From the NCBI RefSeq assembly GCF_004010195.1, contig NC_057758.1, positions 7,566,463-7,599,478 on the forward strand: a DNA stretch of 33,016 nucleotides, in the 5' to 3' direction. Positions within the stretch are counted from its first letter, which is position 1. Every line of letters starts with the position of its first letter. The notes under the pieces are model-generated. The model did no database searches. It had not been told where the DNA came from and worked only from the letters and a program-made list of their open reading frames with translations. This DNA comes from Chiloscyllium plagiosum. Taxonomy: Eukaryota. Positions 1-11,617 of this stretch are shown one piece after another. Position numbers and translations under genes: made by a program.

Positions 1-950
1 GTCTAGCAGAGGCATCTGGGTAAACTCTTCCCATAACTTTTTTAAGGAATCATCGCAGTGTTGTGCTTGCCTAACGTCCTCTGTGTTTGACTGACTTAGA
101 CTGACAGCACTGGCCTGCTTACCTATGGGTGTCCCCCAGAAAACTCCAACATCAGCCCCTCTTTTGGAGCATTTGTCTGCTCTGTGTTTACATTATGGGG
201 ATCATGATGGTTATTTCTATCTTTGATTATTCTGTATTTAACCTTCTGTGAGTCCTGCAGTTGTTCAGTGAGGGTTCTGATGGTAGTGGTGTAGGGTGTA
301 GGTCCCATCTGCGGAAACACAACCTCGAGCTTCCCAAAGTGTTAAGCATTCAGTGAGGCTATTGCATACATACATGCTGTCCGAATATATATGCGTTGGT
401 AAAGGTAACAGACCATGGGGGTGGACGACACAGGCTGATCGATCGGACCAAAATGGGCATTGGCATCCATGTTGACGGCAGTATGGTTTTTCGATATCCA
501 TTACTGCAGGTACTGTGTGCACGTAGCCTCTTCCAAATAAGGGTGTGAGGCGCCCTGTGACAGGTGCACACCTCGATGTTTCTGTCGAGCTGACTCATTT
601 CAACCGCAAATTCGGATTTATATTTTATGTCTTCAACTGCCATGTTGATTGCAAACATTCTATTTGTCGCTGCAGCTAGTCTGGATTCTGTGGCATGTTT
701 AAAGCACATTCATTTTGCTTGTGTCACGCCTTAGTTTCCCCGCATGATTTTGTCCTTGTCAATTTTTAACTAAATCTATCATAAACGTTATATTTGGAAC
801 ATACCACCTGAAAACAACTGGAAGATCTGATGGGAACAAAGAAGACAAACCTTTACTCTGAATATAATTTGTGCCGATATGCTCTGGGAATTTATGACTG
901 AACAATTTGAAATTTGCTCTGCTCTGTATCTTATTTGTGTTCGACATGAA
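1..950 (-). mobile_element. pol: Decayed pol fragment of an LTR retroelement/ERV-like element (RNase H, probable upstream tether; continues off the left edge)
   Basis: Frameshifted minus-strand pieces read 'PTHIYSDSMYVCNSLTECLTLWEARGCVSADG' (retroviral-type RNase H IYxDS...W.xRG motif), then 'KYRIIK...RADKCSKRGADVGVFW' (the NxxAD.LAK-equivalent helix), then 'EDVRQAQHCDDSLKKLW' (typical RNase H-integrase linker). The upstream boundary (~700-950) is weak. Confidence 0.75.
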
Positions 951-1044
951 CCGAGTATCTTGTTGTAGTTATTATTACAGAGTCTAAACAGTTCTTAGCA
1001 AATATACCCACATTCTCCGATACTCACAACCAGATTATAAAAAT

Positions 1045-1270
1045 CATTCGAACTTCCAACGGGGTAGATAGTGAATAATTATATTCTAATCCAAGCAGCC
1101 ACTTAAAATAAAAAAAAAATGATAAAAGTCTGGAGATGGTGTCCTTCGAGAGGGAAAACGCGATTTTTAGGAATGCCTTCAGAGGTAGTTGGGTATCGCG
1201 GGAGATGGGGTGCTTCAGTTCTTCTCAGTAGTGCGGGGATACGTTTAAAAGTACATAGCCAGAAGATTAG
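1045..1270 (+). mobile_element. Highly decayed CR1 LINE 3' ORF2/3'UTR remnant
   Basis: Patchy similarity to younger CR1 3' ends in the window (ggggtagatagtga; cagaggtagttggg; acgtttaaaagtacat). Confidence 0.35.
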
Positions 1271-1957
1271 AATCTCCTCATTTCAGACAAATTACTTTGA
1301 GCTGGCTCGTCAGATCTCGTGTGCTGTGGGAAAATAAACAAAGAAAGTCGGAAGGTGAGTGAGAAAAAACTTGTACAGAAATGATGAAAAGGTCTGGATA
1401 TTGAATCTATTAATAATGTGAACATTGGTAGACCACGTTTGAGAGGGAAATGAAATAAAGTGTTTGATAAACATATGTAGTTGACGGGGTTAAGACTATG
1501 TAAATTTAGCTTGCATTGGCCTTCGTTAATATCGTAGTTGATCAGTTTGTCACCTCAAACCTACACTTCCATCCAATCTACTAAACGTTCACTACTTATG
1601 TTCATGTGGAATGAAGTATTGAAATTTCGAATAGCTAGCTGGGGATCATTCTGCAAAATTACATTTTGGTATTCTCATTAAAGCATGACAGTTTGACTTA
1701 AAACTGATGTAAGTTGTCTGGCTCACATAAAACTTCCAAAATTTGATAAGATCATGAATGATCTGTCTATGGTGTAAAAACCACTTCCTGCCTGCCCCGA
1801 TGTCTTTCGAATCTATGACTGAAAGCTGAAGTCACTCTCTTAAAAAATTGTAGCGCGAGATCCCTGTTGTGTTTATGGTACATTCATATTAATGGCCGTA
1901 TCACAGTCATACCAGAAACCACGATCTTCGTCTTGCATGGGAAAGTCACATTTATTA

Positions 1958-2716
1958 TGTTGCGACAGGGGGAAAAGAAACATCTGCTAATTTAAATCAG
2001 ACACACAGAAAAACTCAGATTGCACCATAACCTATTAAATTTCGAGAGGCAACGAACTATCCCAGATTTCAATATTTAAGATAAAAATTAACACTTGCAT
2101 TCTTTAAGGCCAACAGAGAACATTAAAACCACAACCAGTTTCCAATTTCTTACTTTTAAGCCTTTAAATGGCAATCCATAATACTGCTTCGCTTAAAATA
2201 ATCCAACTATGATTTACGAAAATGAACTTTAAAGTTTCAAAAATCCAGCCAGTTATCCATCCTCCTTTGTAGATTTTCCTCTGTAGATTTTCCTTTGCAT
2301 TTTCCGCTGTCATCTTTTCTTCGGTCGCCTGCTGCGCAACTTTAATTATGGACAGATATCTTTCAGAGAATTATTTGACTAACAGTCAGTTTTGATGGTG
2401 CTGTTTGCAGTTGTTCCCAACTGATAAGAACCTGCGGCATTATACCCCAAAGCATCTGTTCGTTTCATTGGTTTAATGTTATCAAACAATTAAATTCAAA
2501 TTCGATTGGATCGCTGGGGCATAATTTAAACTGGTTGGCCGAATTTCAATTTGTTTTTGTTCCATGGCAGCGCAAATCCAGCTATTCATTTCAAATAATT
2601 CTGACATTTTTTATCACTTTTAACACAGTCTCTAATTTTAGTCAGTCCTTATTATCTTTTCGCTGTCGTTAAAGTACAGTCGATGCCTCGACCTTCAGAA
2701 TAATTATCGCACAACA
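1958..2716 (-). mobile_element. Solo LTR (Gypsy/ERV-like)
   Basis: TG...CA termini with an imperfect inverted repeat (tgttgcga at 1958; tcgcacaaca ending 2716). Flanks ATTA (1954-1957) and ATCA (2717-2720) form a 4-bp TSD with one mismatch. Minus-strand CCAAT at 2467-2471 and 2505-2509 precede TATAAT at 2439-2444. Confidence 0.65.
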
Positions 2717-3247
2717 ATCACTGTTTGATAAAAAGCTGAACGATCTATTTTTACTTTAGTTTTTATAATCATGTGTATGCGAGTGTAGAAATACAGCACG
2801 ACAATGAAAATGTATACTGTTGCCATACATGGCGCCATCTGAGATGCCAATGCAACTAGGATTGTAAAAAGAATCTTTGACACAAAAGATGTAGAGAAAG
2901 AAAACGTTGAAAAGTTAAGTATTCGTTGATAGAATGTTAGAAAAACAAAGAAATTGATAATAGTTCACATCAATTCGTTCTCATCATTTAGTCTAGGATA
3001 ACAAAGACATAAGTTAAAACTTCAGCAGACTTTGATGAGTTCTTCGCTTATCTCACTCTGCTCTCTGTTGCCAACGCCACCGCTATAGATTCCATCACTA
3101 CTGCTGAAACCGTGTCTATATCTCTTCGTCTATTTCTGTTGTTCTGGGGGTGAACTCATTAAAATGAGTTCAAACCTCCCCTCTCTATCCCTCTTGTGTT
3201 CAAGGTGATACAATGCTCATGTTGCTGCAAGTCTCAATGTGTGTTTT

Positions 3248-3270
3248 TGTGTGTGTGTGTGCGTGTGTGT
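3248..3270. repeat. (TG)n microsatellite
   Basis: Imperfect TG run, seen directly. Confidence 0.9.
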
Positions 3271-3530
3271 TCTTGCATGTGTACTTGTGTCCATCACGGT
3301 CTGCAATGGGAGTCACTTTGTCCGAATGAAGTTTGAACGAATAAATTAAAATGTGTTGAATCAAAGGTTCAGAGTTCTGTCTCTCTTTATGTCTAGTCCG
3401 CGTGTGTTTCAATTGAGACAATACCACCCTCTGCTGGATTCCCCATGCCACTGCACAAACATCAGATTTATTTTGGAGAAAACGTCCAAGTCTGTGAATG
3501 TCTAAAATTGCACGTTTGTTTCATTCTTCA

Positions 3531-3625
3531 AAGCTTCATGAAATGCTTCTGACCAAAACGTAGATTCTCCTGCTCTTTAAGTGCTGACTGGTTGTACTTT
3601 TCCAGCACCATACTTTTCGTCTCTG
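3531..3625 (+). mobile_element. Decayed Penelope-like terminal repeat remnant
   Basis: atgaaatgcttctgaccaaaacgtagattctcctgctc...cttttccagcacca aligns by eye to the better preserved copies at 21508-21595 and 22210-22276. Confidence 0.6.
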
Positions 3626-3698
3626 TGTGTCTCTGTGTGTCATTGTGTGTCTTTGTGTTGATGGTGCTGTCAGTTTGGATTATGCTGTGAGCTGCTGT

Positions 3699-3719
3699 TC
3701 TCTCTCTCTCTCTCTCTCT
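3699..3719. repeat. (TC)n microsatellite
   Basis: Perfect TC run of about 10 units. Confidence 0.9.
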
Positions 3720-4030
3720 GACTGAATCCTTGAGGGAATGCATCGTCCACAGCACCACATGCAGTGGCATGGAGGGTACAGTAGAAACTAGAGATGTTTT
3801 TTTTAATCTTCACTCATGACAGGAAATATATGTTTGTGGGCTGCAATGGTGTAGCAGGCCATTGGAATTTGTAAGTTCGATGCTAAAAAAAAGAAACCCA
3901 GCTTTTGTTATTATTCATAAGTTTTAGTTATTCATAACATATTTTACTGTGTTATTGAACTTCTGTCCGAATCGAGCCAATGTTGCTGCATAAATAACCT
4001 TGCAGTCATTATCTGGGCCAACTTGGCACT

Positions 4031-4316
4031 TACTGTTAAAGTTCACTTGAGAATGTAACTTAAAGGAAGTTCTGGAATTTACTTATGAAAGAACTGAAAC
4101 AAGCATGCCCATTTTAAAAGATGAGAGACTTAAAAAATCCAGGTCTTTTTTCAATATATAATTTCAGTCACATCACACTGTAAACCTTTGCTAAAAATTC
4201 TGTGTCTTATGATCCTGTTACACAGCTACCTGATGAAGGAGCAGCGCTATGAAGACTAGTGCTTGCAAATAAACCAGTTGTACTCTAACGTGGAGTTGGC
4301 TGATTTTTAACTTTGC
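4031..4316 (+). mobile_element. Penelope-like element terminal region (second family) with a decayed hammerhead-like core
   Basis: tac-CTGATGA-aggagcagcgctat-GAA-gact-a-gtg at 4227-4261, followed by aataaa. This matches my recollection of a common shark Penelope-type end. Confidence 0.55.
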
Positions 4317-4656
4317 ATAAATAAATGTTTTGTGGGTGGGTTCTGATAGCATCATATGATGACGTGCCACAATTTCCCACATTGAAACAGCTCATCGTTG
4401 TCTGTTTATAGTATTAGGATGGGATCTGTTGGATTGTTACTGAGCAGTGAGACCATGCATTTAATAGACAAACATTTTCTGATTAACTATTTAATTTCAC
4501 CAGAACACTCTGAAGTATTTGTTTGTGATGGAGATTTACAGAGGGTTCCACGCCAATAGGAACTAGCCAGTAGGAGATTCCTTTGGATTGTGCTGCGATG
4601 GAAAATCCTTAGGTTCCCAGCTCAACTCTTTCCCTGCACTAGGATAAGGACACTCT

Positions 4657-5152
4657 GTCAGGAGTGTGAGGGAATACTCCACACTTGCCTGGATGGGTGC
4701 AGCTCCAACACTCACTGAAGAAGCTCGACACTATCCAGGACAAAGCAACTGCTTGATTGTTACCTCATCTACAAACATCCACTCCCTCCACCTCCGATGC
4801 TCGTTAGCAGCAGAGTACATCATCTACAAGGTGCACTGCCGAAATTCATCAGAGATCCTCGGATAGCACCGTCCAAACCCATAATCACCTGCATCTGGGA
4901 GGGCAACGGCATCTGATACCTGGGAACACCACTCCCTGCAAGTTCCCCTCCAAGCCACTCATCACCCTGAATTGGAAATATATCACCACTCCTTCATTGT
5001 CAATGAGTCAAAATGCTGGAATTCCCTCCCTCGGAGCATTGCGAACTGCAGCAGTTCAAGAAGGCAGCTCACCACCACCTTCTCAAGGGGCAACTAGGGA
5101 CAGTAATAGATGCTGATCCAGCCAGCAATGCTCACATTTCACAATGGAATTT
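4657..5152 (+). mobile_element. CR1-clade LINE 3' fragment (ORF2 C-terminus plus 3'UTR)
   Basis: Translates 'VRSVREYSTLAWMGAAPT / LKKLDTIQDKATCLI', the post-RT region of a LINE ORF2, with frameshifts. Confidence 0.85.
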
Positions 5153-5213
5153 TTAAGACATAATTTCATGGTCCGAATACACCAGGACGCTCCTGTGGTG
5201 TTCACTGATGAGT

Positions 5214-5223
5214 TTTATTTATT
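5214..5223 (-). terminator. Candidate polyadenylation signals (two overlapping AATAAA) for the GPCR gene
   Basis: Minus-strand AATAAA at 5223-5218 and 5219-5214, about 16-25 nt after the stop codon. Confidence 0.45.
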
Positions 5224-5238
5224 TATAACACATGGAAT

Positions 5239-6116
5239 TCACGTAATCAAGTATTTTACTGCGTTACTGATTTTCGCTCTGAATCGGGGCAATGTTGCTG
5301 AGTAAATAAATGTGTTTGTGCAACAACTTCGGAGCTGCAACATGTGACCAACTTTACTGAAGTTATACATAAAGCCCGAGTAATCATCAGTATTGATTAC
5401 TTGAATGACATAGTATAAGAAATCGACAACATATATTAACCACAGGAGGATGAAGCTCCCAGATATGGTGAAGAGCAAAATCACAGATTTCTTTCTGCTC
5501 TCCATCTCTGGATCTCTGTGATTCTCTCCTTTGCTCTCACCCTTTAGCCTCTTCCGAACTAGACTGGTCACCAAAATGTGCCTGACTGTCAGAGCATTGA
5601 GCAACAGAATCAAAGTGAATGGCAGAAAAGGGGTCAAAACAGTATCAAGCCAATCCAATACCACCCACCAAGTCTCAGTATAGTAGCTTGACTTTGTTCT
5701 ACAATAGAATGGAACATTGTTGATTATGCTCCGAGGTTCATATTGAAAATAGAAGGGGATGTTTTTCAAACAGAGCAGGGTGAAGGTTGTTGCTAGAACC
5801 ACAGTCGCAGTTTTCTCAGTACAATATTTTGTTCTCAACTTCTGACAACAAATGATCACAAATCGGTCAAAGGAGAAAGTGACGGTGAACCAGACAGAGC
5901 AGTCAGTAGCTGCACGACGCAGCACCCCAGTAACACAACACACAGGAGTGATGTCCAGGAAACAGCGTGGGTAATGATAAGTGCGAAATTTCCACAGCAT
6001 AACATCTGTGATAATTACCATCAGGTCAGTAGCTGCCATAATCACCAGGTAACGAGTAATACAGGGAGACAGACCACACTTGCCCCGTGAAAGGACAACA
6101 ATCGCCAGAAAATTTA
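5239..6116 (-). CDS. GPR139-like: Class A orphan GPCR, GPR139/GPR142-like, coding exon 2 (end of TM1 to C-terminus)
   Basis: Open frame NFLAIVVLSRGKCGLSPCITRYLVIMAATDL...SVWFTVTFSFDRFVIICC...PFLPFTLILLLNALTV...CCTNTFIY with seven-TM spacing and a DRF motif. Acceptor ttttctgtctaccacAG ends at 6117; phase 1 matches exon 1. Confidence 0.93.
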
Positions 6117-6343
6117 CTGTGGTAGACAGAAAAGATGCAATGAATTACTGATCACAATTTCCTCCTGCATGTTCCAGAATGTAACAATACGATTTTCGCC
6201 ACAAAAACAGCTGTACTGTGTGAGTGGAAGTGGTCAGGGTTGAGTGCATTTAAATTGTAAGATTTTCACACGCACCCCAGATTGTCATCCAGCACAATCA
6301 CTTCAGAGATTATGAGGTTTGGACAGAGTCTGTGCCACAGCAA

Positions 6344-6366
6344 CCCCCCCCCCCCCCCCCCCCCCC
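6344..6366. repeat. Poly-C tract (poly-G on the pre-mRNA strand), intronic
   Basis: C23 run. Confidence 0.9.
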
Positions 6367-6654
6367 ACCGACCCCCTTGGAAAGCAGAGAGTTGTCTGCG
6401 ATTTTGTTTGGTTGAAAGGTCACTATGAGAATGAGAAAATAGATTCTTCCAGTTCTCAGCCCCAACTCTGACAGGTGCAGAATCCCATTAGAAATCTCGC
6501 CTCAGCTCAGTAACAGGACTGGAGAACGGACTGTCAAAAAAATCAAACTCACCCCCTCTCCTTGGATCAAGTAGTATTGGACTAACTCCTGATCTGAGCC
6601 ACAACAGGATTAAGAAATAGGTCATCTGTTTGAGATTTTGGAGTGCAGACTCAA

Positions 6655-8387
6655 AGATTCATAGAGATGTACATATGCCGACCAGATGTCCCAACACAAT
6701 CTAGTCCCACCTGCCAGCACCGGCCCATATCCCTCTAAACGCTTCCTATTCATATACCCATCCAAATGTCTCTTAAATGTTGCAATTGTACCATCCTCCA
6801 CTGCATCCTCTGGCAGCTCATTCCATACATGTACTACCCTCTGCGTGAAAACGTTGTGCCGTAGGTCTCTTTTATATCTTTCCCCTCTCACCCTAACCTA
6901 TGCCCTCTAGTTGTGGACTCCCCGACCCCAGGGAAAAGACTTTGCCTATTTATCCTATCCATGCCCCTCATAATTTTGTAAACCTCTATAAGGTCACCCC
7001 TCAGTCTCCAATGCTCCAGGGAAAACAGCCCCAGCCTGTTCAGCCTCTCACTGGAAACATCCTTGTAAATCTTTTCTGATTCTGAACCCTTTCAAGTTTC
7101 ACAACATCTTTCCGATAGGAAGGAGACCAGAATCGCACGCAATATTCCAACAGTGGCCTAACCAATGTCCTGTATAGCCGCAACATGACCTCCCAACTCC
7201 TGTACTCAATATTCTGACCAATAAAGGAAAGCATGCCAAACGCCTTCTTCACTATCCTATCTACCTACGATTCCACTTTCAAGGAGCTATGAACCTGCAC
7301 TCCAAGATCTCTTTGTTCAGCAACACTCCCAAGAACCATACCATTAAGTGTATAAGTCCTGCTAAGATTTGCTTTCCCAAAATGCAGCACCTCGCAGTTA
7401 TCTGAATTAAACTTGGCCCATGTGGTCAAGATCCTGTTGTAATCTGAGGTAACCTTCTTCGCTGTCCACTATACCTCCAATTTTGGCGTGATCTGCAAAC
7501 TTACTAACTGTACCTCTTATGCTCGCGTCCAAATCATTTATGCAAATGACAAAAAGCAGAGGACTCAGCACCGATCCTTTTGGCACTCCAATGGTCACAG
7601 GTCTCCAGTCTGATAAACAACCCTCCACCACCACCCTCTGTCTTCTACCTGTGAGCCAGTTATGTATCCAAATGGCTAGTTCTCTCTGTATTCCGTGAAA
7701 TCTAACCTTGCTAATCAGTATCCCATGGGGAACCTTGTCGAACACCTTACTGAAGTCCATATGGATCACATCTACTGCTCTGCCCTCATCAATCTTCTTT
7801 GTTACTTCTTCAAAAAACTCAATCAAGTTTGTGAGACATGTTTTCCCACGCACAAAACCATGTTGACTATCCAGAATCAGTCCTTGATTTTCCAAATACA
7901 TGTACGTCCTGTTCCTCAGGATTCCCTCCAACAACTTGCCCACCACCGAGGTCAGGCTCACTGGTCTACAGTTCCCTGGCTTGTCCTTACCACCCTTCTT
8001 AAACAGTGGCACCACGTTTGCCAAACTCCAGTCATCCGGCACCACATCTGTGACTATCGATGAGACAAATATCTCAGCAAGAGGCCCAGCAATCACTGCT
8101 CTAGCTTCCCACAGAGTTCTCCGGTACACCTGATCAGGTCCTGGGGATTTATCCACCTTTAACCGTTTCAAGACATCCAGCACTTCCTCCTCTGTAATCT
8201 GGACATTTTGCAAGATGTCAGCATCTGTTTCCCTACATTCTATATCTTCCATATCCTTTTCCACAGTAAATGCTGATGCAAAATATTCATTTAGTATCTC
8301 CCCCATTTTCTGTGGCTCCACACAAAGGCCGTCTTGTTGATCTTTGAGAGGTCCTATTCTCTCCCTAGTTACCCTTTTGCCCTTAAT
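6655..8387 (-). mobile_element. CR1 (HER1-like) LINE, RT domain to 3' end, in the GPCR intron; 5' part lost in the gap
   Basis: ORF2 motifs KSPGPD, NCRPVSLTSVVGKLLE, QHGF, MDFSKVFDKVPH, GVPKGSVLSP, KFADHAK, VRPLLEYC. Internal deletions near 7050 and 7412. Confidence 0.96.
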
Positions 8388-8741
8388 NNNNNNNNNNNNN
8401 NNNNNNNNNNNNNNNNNNNNNNNNNNNNNNNNNNNNNNNNNNNNNNNNNNNNNNNNNNNNNNNNNNNNNNNNNNNNNNNNNNNNNNNNNNNNNNNNNNNN
8501 NNNNNNNNNNNNNNNNNNNNNNNNNNNNNNNNNNNNNNNNNNNNNNNNNNNNNNNNNNNNNNNNNNNNNNNNNNNNNNNNNNNNNNNNNNNNNNNNNNNN
8601 NNNNNNNNNNNNNNNNNNNNNNNNNNNNNNNNNNNNNNNNNNNNNNNNNNNNNNNNNNNNNNNNNNNNNNNNNNNNNNNNNNNNNNNNNNNNNNNNNNNN
8701 NNNNNNNNNNNNNNNNNNNNNNNNNNNNNNNNNNNNNNNNN
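8388..8741. other. Assembly gap (354 N)
   Basis: N run, with a poly-G stretch on its right side. Confidence 1.
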
Positions 8742-8760
8742 NGGGGGGGGGGGGGGCGGG

Positions 8761-9109
8761 GGGGCATGGATAAGATAAATAGACAAGATCTTTTTCCTGA
8801 AGTAGAGGAGTCTGGGAGTAGATGGCATAGTTTGAGGGTGAGAACGGAAAGATTTAAAAGCATCTTGAGGGGCAACTTTTTCACATAGAAGGTGGTGCGT
8901 GAATGGAATGAGCTGCCAGAGGAAGTGGTGGAAACTGGTACAATTACAAGATTTAAAATGCACCTGCATGGGCATATGAATATGAAGGATTTAGAGGGAT
9001 ATGGGCCAACGACTGGCAAATGGGATTCAACTAATTTAGAATAACTGGTCTGCATGGACGAGTTGAACCAGTTAATATATTTCAATGTTGCATGACTCTA
9101 TGACTCTAT
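8761..9109 (+). mobile_element. CR1 LINE 3' end with (ATGACTCT)n tail
   Basis: GMDKINRQDLFP...RWHSL...RGNFFT...WNELPEEVVE, then catgactctatgactctat. Confidence 0.92.
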
Positions 9110-9689
9110 CAGAACTTCCATAAGATTTGAAACAAAACCACACCATTTCTCTGACACAGGTGTAGCAGAACAGAACATGTAGGGCTCCCTTAGTGACAAT
9201 GCGTGACTTTTAGGACAGTTGCGATATTTACACTGTAAATCAAAACTCCATGCATCACAAATGTCTTGACGTGCAGGGGTCTGGAGGGAAATCTATCAAG
9301 AGTTTAAACAACTAACCAGAGACTGTGAGGAGAAGAGAATTTCCAGATGGGTTGGTAGTTAGATTAAGTTATACAAATCAAAACGGAGCACATATCCCAC
9401 AATTCCTTTGCATCACAAAAAGTTCACAACTGATCCAGCATCCACTGCCATTTGTGGAGGAGAATTCCAAACATCTCCCGCCCTATGCATGTCAAAGTGC
9501 TTCCTAACACTTCGCTAGCTCATTCCCGCAAGAATTCAGAGACTCTGCTACCTCGTTCTAGATTCACAAACTACGGGAAAGAGTTCATCTTAATCTACTC
9601 ATTCTTTCTGGGTAATGTCTTGTGGGACTTCAATCAGATCACTCGTTAACGTTTGCAAGTTGGGAGAAAACTGGCCTTATTTATGAAAT

Positions 9690-9782
9690 AAACAAAAATT
9701 GCTGGACAAACTGAGGACAGCCAGGAAATGTGGGACAGAAATCAGAGCAAACACTTTGGATCCAGTGTCCCATTGTCAGAAT
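9690..9782 (-). mobile_element. Decayed Penelope-like terminal remnant
   Basis: aaattgctggacaaactgagg...cagagcaaacactttggatccagtgtcccattgtcagaa. The reverse complement has a relic CTGAnnA-hairpin layout, and a similar piece lies at ~31060-31122. Confidence 0.4.
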
Positions 9783-10045
9783 TCATACCTCATACCCTCA
9801 CGCCTTATGAAACCGGAACAGATGACAGAACACTGAGATCAGAGAATGCTGCAGCAGCAGTGACGTTGGGTGTCTCTGTCAGACAGAATTGTACCAAGAA
9901 TGCCACTCAGTGAATTGCTGTCACTGTCCCGGTGTCTGGATATGGCTGACCAGTCAATGAGCTGGAGACATTATTATTCAAAAGATAAAACTAGAGAGCA
10001 GATCATCAACAGATTAAAACAAGTTCAATTCTCATAAAGTCATAC

Positions 10046-10112
10046 CAGGAACGCCAATAAAAGCGAGGATGGTGTAGTACGCCTTCTCCACGTGCTGAAT
10101 TGGTAGATGCAT
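10046..10112 (-). CDS. GPR139-like: GPR139-like GPCR coding exon 1 (MHLPIQHVEKAYYTILAFIGVP-V)
   Basis: ATG at 10112 with A at -3. The exon is 67 nt (22 codons + 1 nt) with donor G|GTATGA at 10045. Splicing to 6116 gives YYTILAFIGVPVNFLAIVVLS, a complete TM1 with the G-x-P-x-N motif; total 314 aa. Not in the ORF track. Confidence 0.9.
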
Positions 10113-10194
10113 TTTTTTCTCTGCGAGGTGATCTTTTCCTTCAGGCAGCTGACAAGCTCCTTGTTTGAAACTCTGAGCTGATGAGAGTCACTGC

Positions 10195-10200
10195 CTTATA
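10195..10200 (-). promoter_or_regulatory. Candidate TATA box of the GPCR gene
   Basis: Minus-strand TATAAG about 85 nt upstream of the ATG; positional evidence only. Confidence 0.3.
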
Positions 10201-10949
10201 CTGTGTGGAAACTCCTTGGGGAGATCGAGGTGACAGCATTACTCAGCTTTGTTGTTATTTTTCAAATTTCTTTCAATGAACAAACGAAGTATAATAACAA
10301 GTTTAATCACAATTATGAAGGAATGGTGTTACTCATACATTGCAACGAAACAACAAAAACAGACTCTGGAGTCTGTCAGCAATAACACTGTCCACTCAAA
10401 CACCATGAGCCCTCTCCCAAGGTCATACAATATTTCAACTGATGCTGCATTGAGACAGTTTATTCCATTGTGAAATTATGTCTCAGAGCTGTCTTTGTTA
10501 CTCTAGGGTAGGAGATGCCCTCTTGAAACAAAAAAAAATCACTCTCTGATTGAAATAAGAATCTTCTCACACATTGAATGTGTGCATTGCTGCTGAGGTC
10601 AGTGTTTATTCCCTACTTTATATTTCCCAGGATCCAGTGTCACATTATGGACCAAGTCAGGAGAACATACTGCCTTTCCTGAGGGAAGCGATCTCAGTGA
10701 ATAAGATGGACTTCCAACAATGGAGACATCACTGACCGCACTCTCACTGACACTGTCCATCCAGAAAACTACAGAATGGCAGTTTTAAATCTGAACAGGG
10801 ATGGGGTCACCTTGGTGTTCATGTGTATATATCTTTGAATGTGACAATATCAGCTGAAGAGGGAAATAGCAAACGTATCGGATATTAAGTATCACTAATG
10901 ACACAGTGAAAATTAACACTAGGGAGAGATATTAATCCAGAGGTTTAGC

Positions 10950-11617
10950 TTCTTTGAAAGTTGCCACCCAGTTTGACAGGGTTCTTAAGAAGGCATACAG
11001 TGTTTTAGCATTTATTAATAGAGGGATCGAGTTCCTGAATCATGAGGATATACTACAGCTGTACAAAACTCTAGTGCGGTTGCACTTCGAGTATTGTGTA
11101 CAGTTCTGGTCACCGCATTATAAGAAGGATGTGGAAGCTTTGGAAAGGATGCAGAGGACATTTACTAGGATGTTGTCAAGTATGGAGTGAAGGTCTAACG
11201 AGGAAAGGCTGAGGGACTTGAGGTTGTTTTTGTTAGAGAGAAGAAGGTTGGGAGGTGACTTAATAGAGACATATAAGATAATCAGAGGGTTAGATAGGGT
11301 GGACAGGGAGAGCCTTTTTTCCAAGAATGGTGACGGCGAGCACAAGGGGGCATAGCTTTAAATTGAAAGGTGATAGATATAGGACAGATGTCAGAGGTAG
11401 TTTCTTTATTCAGAGAGTAGTAAGGGTATGGAATGCTTTGCCTGCAACTGTAGTAGATTCGCCAACTTTTAAGTACATTTAAGTCATCATTGGACAAGCA
11501 TATGGACGTACATGGAATAGTATAGGTTAGATGGGCTACAGATTGGTATGTGAGGTCGGCGCAACAGTGAGGGCCGAAGGACCTGTACTGCGCTGTAATG
11601 TTCAATGTTCTATGTTC
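10950..11617 (+). mobile_element. 5'-truncated CR1 LINE with intact 3' end and (TGTTCTA)n tail
   Basis: KVATQFDRVLKKAY...LVRLHFEYCVQFWSPHYKKD. Ends gggccgaaggacctgtactgcgctgtaatgttcaatgttctatgttct. Confidence 0.95.

Noticed and set aside
1940..1958. LTR 1958-2716 as the 5' LTR of the pol fragment
   Set aside because: No TGG-starting PBS is adjacent, the TSD flanks the LTR itself, and there is no room for gag.
2765..3170. Possible interspersed repeat
   Set aside because: It looks familiar as a shark repeat, but I cannot support a class, termini or ORF from the sequence.
7407..9085. Long ORFs (522, 238, 184 and 144 aa)
   Set aside because: They read through the N gap. Only the CR1 ORF2 parts are real.
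6655..9109. A single inverted (twin-primed) CR1 across the gap
   Set aside because: Both pieces include a 3' end and their sequences differ, so they are two insertions.
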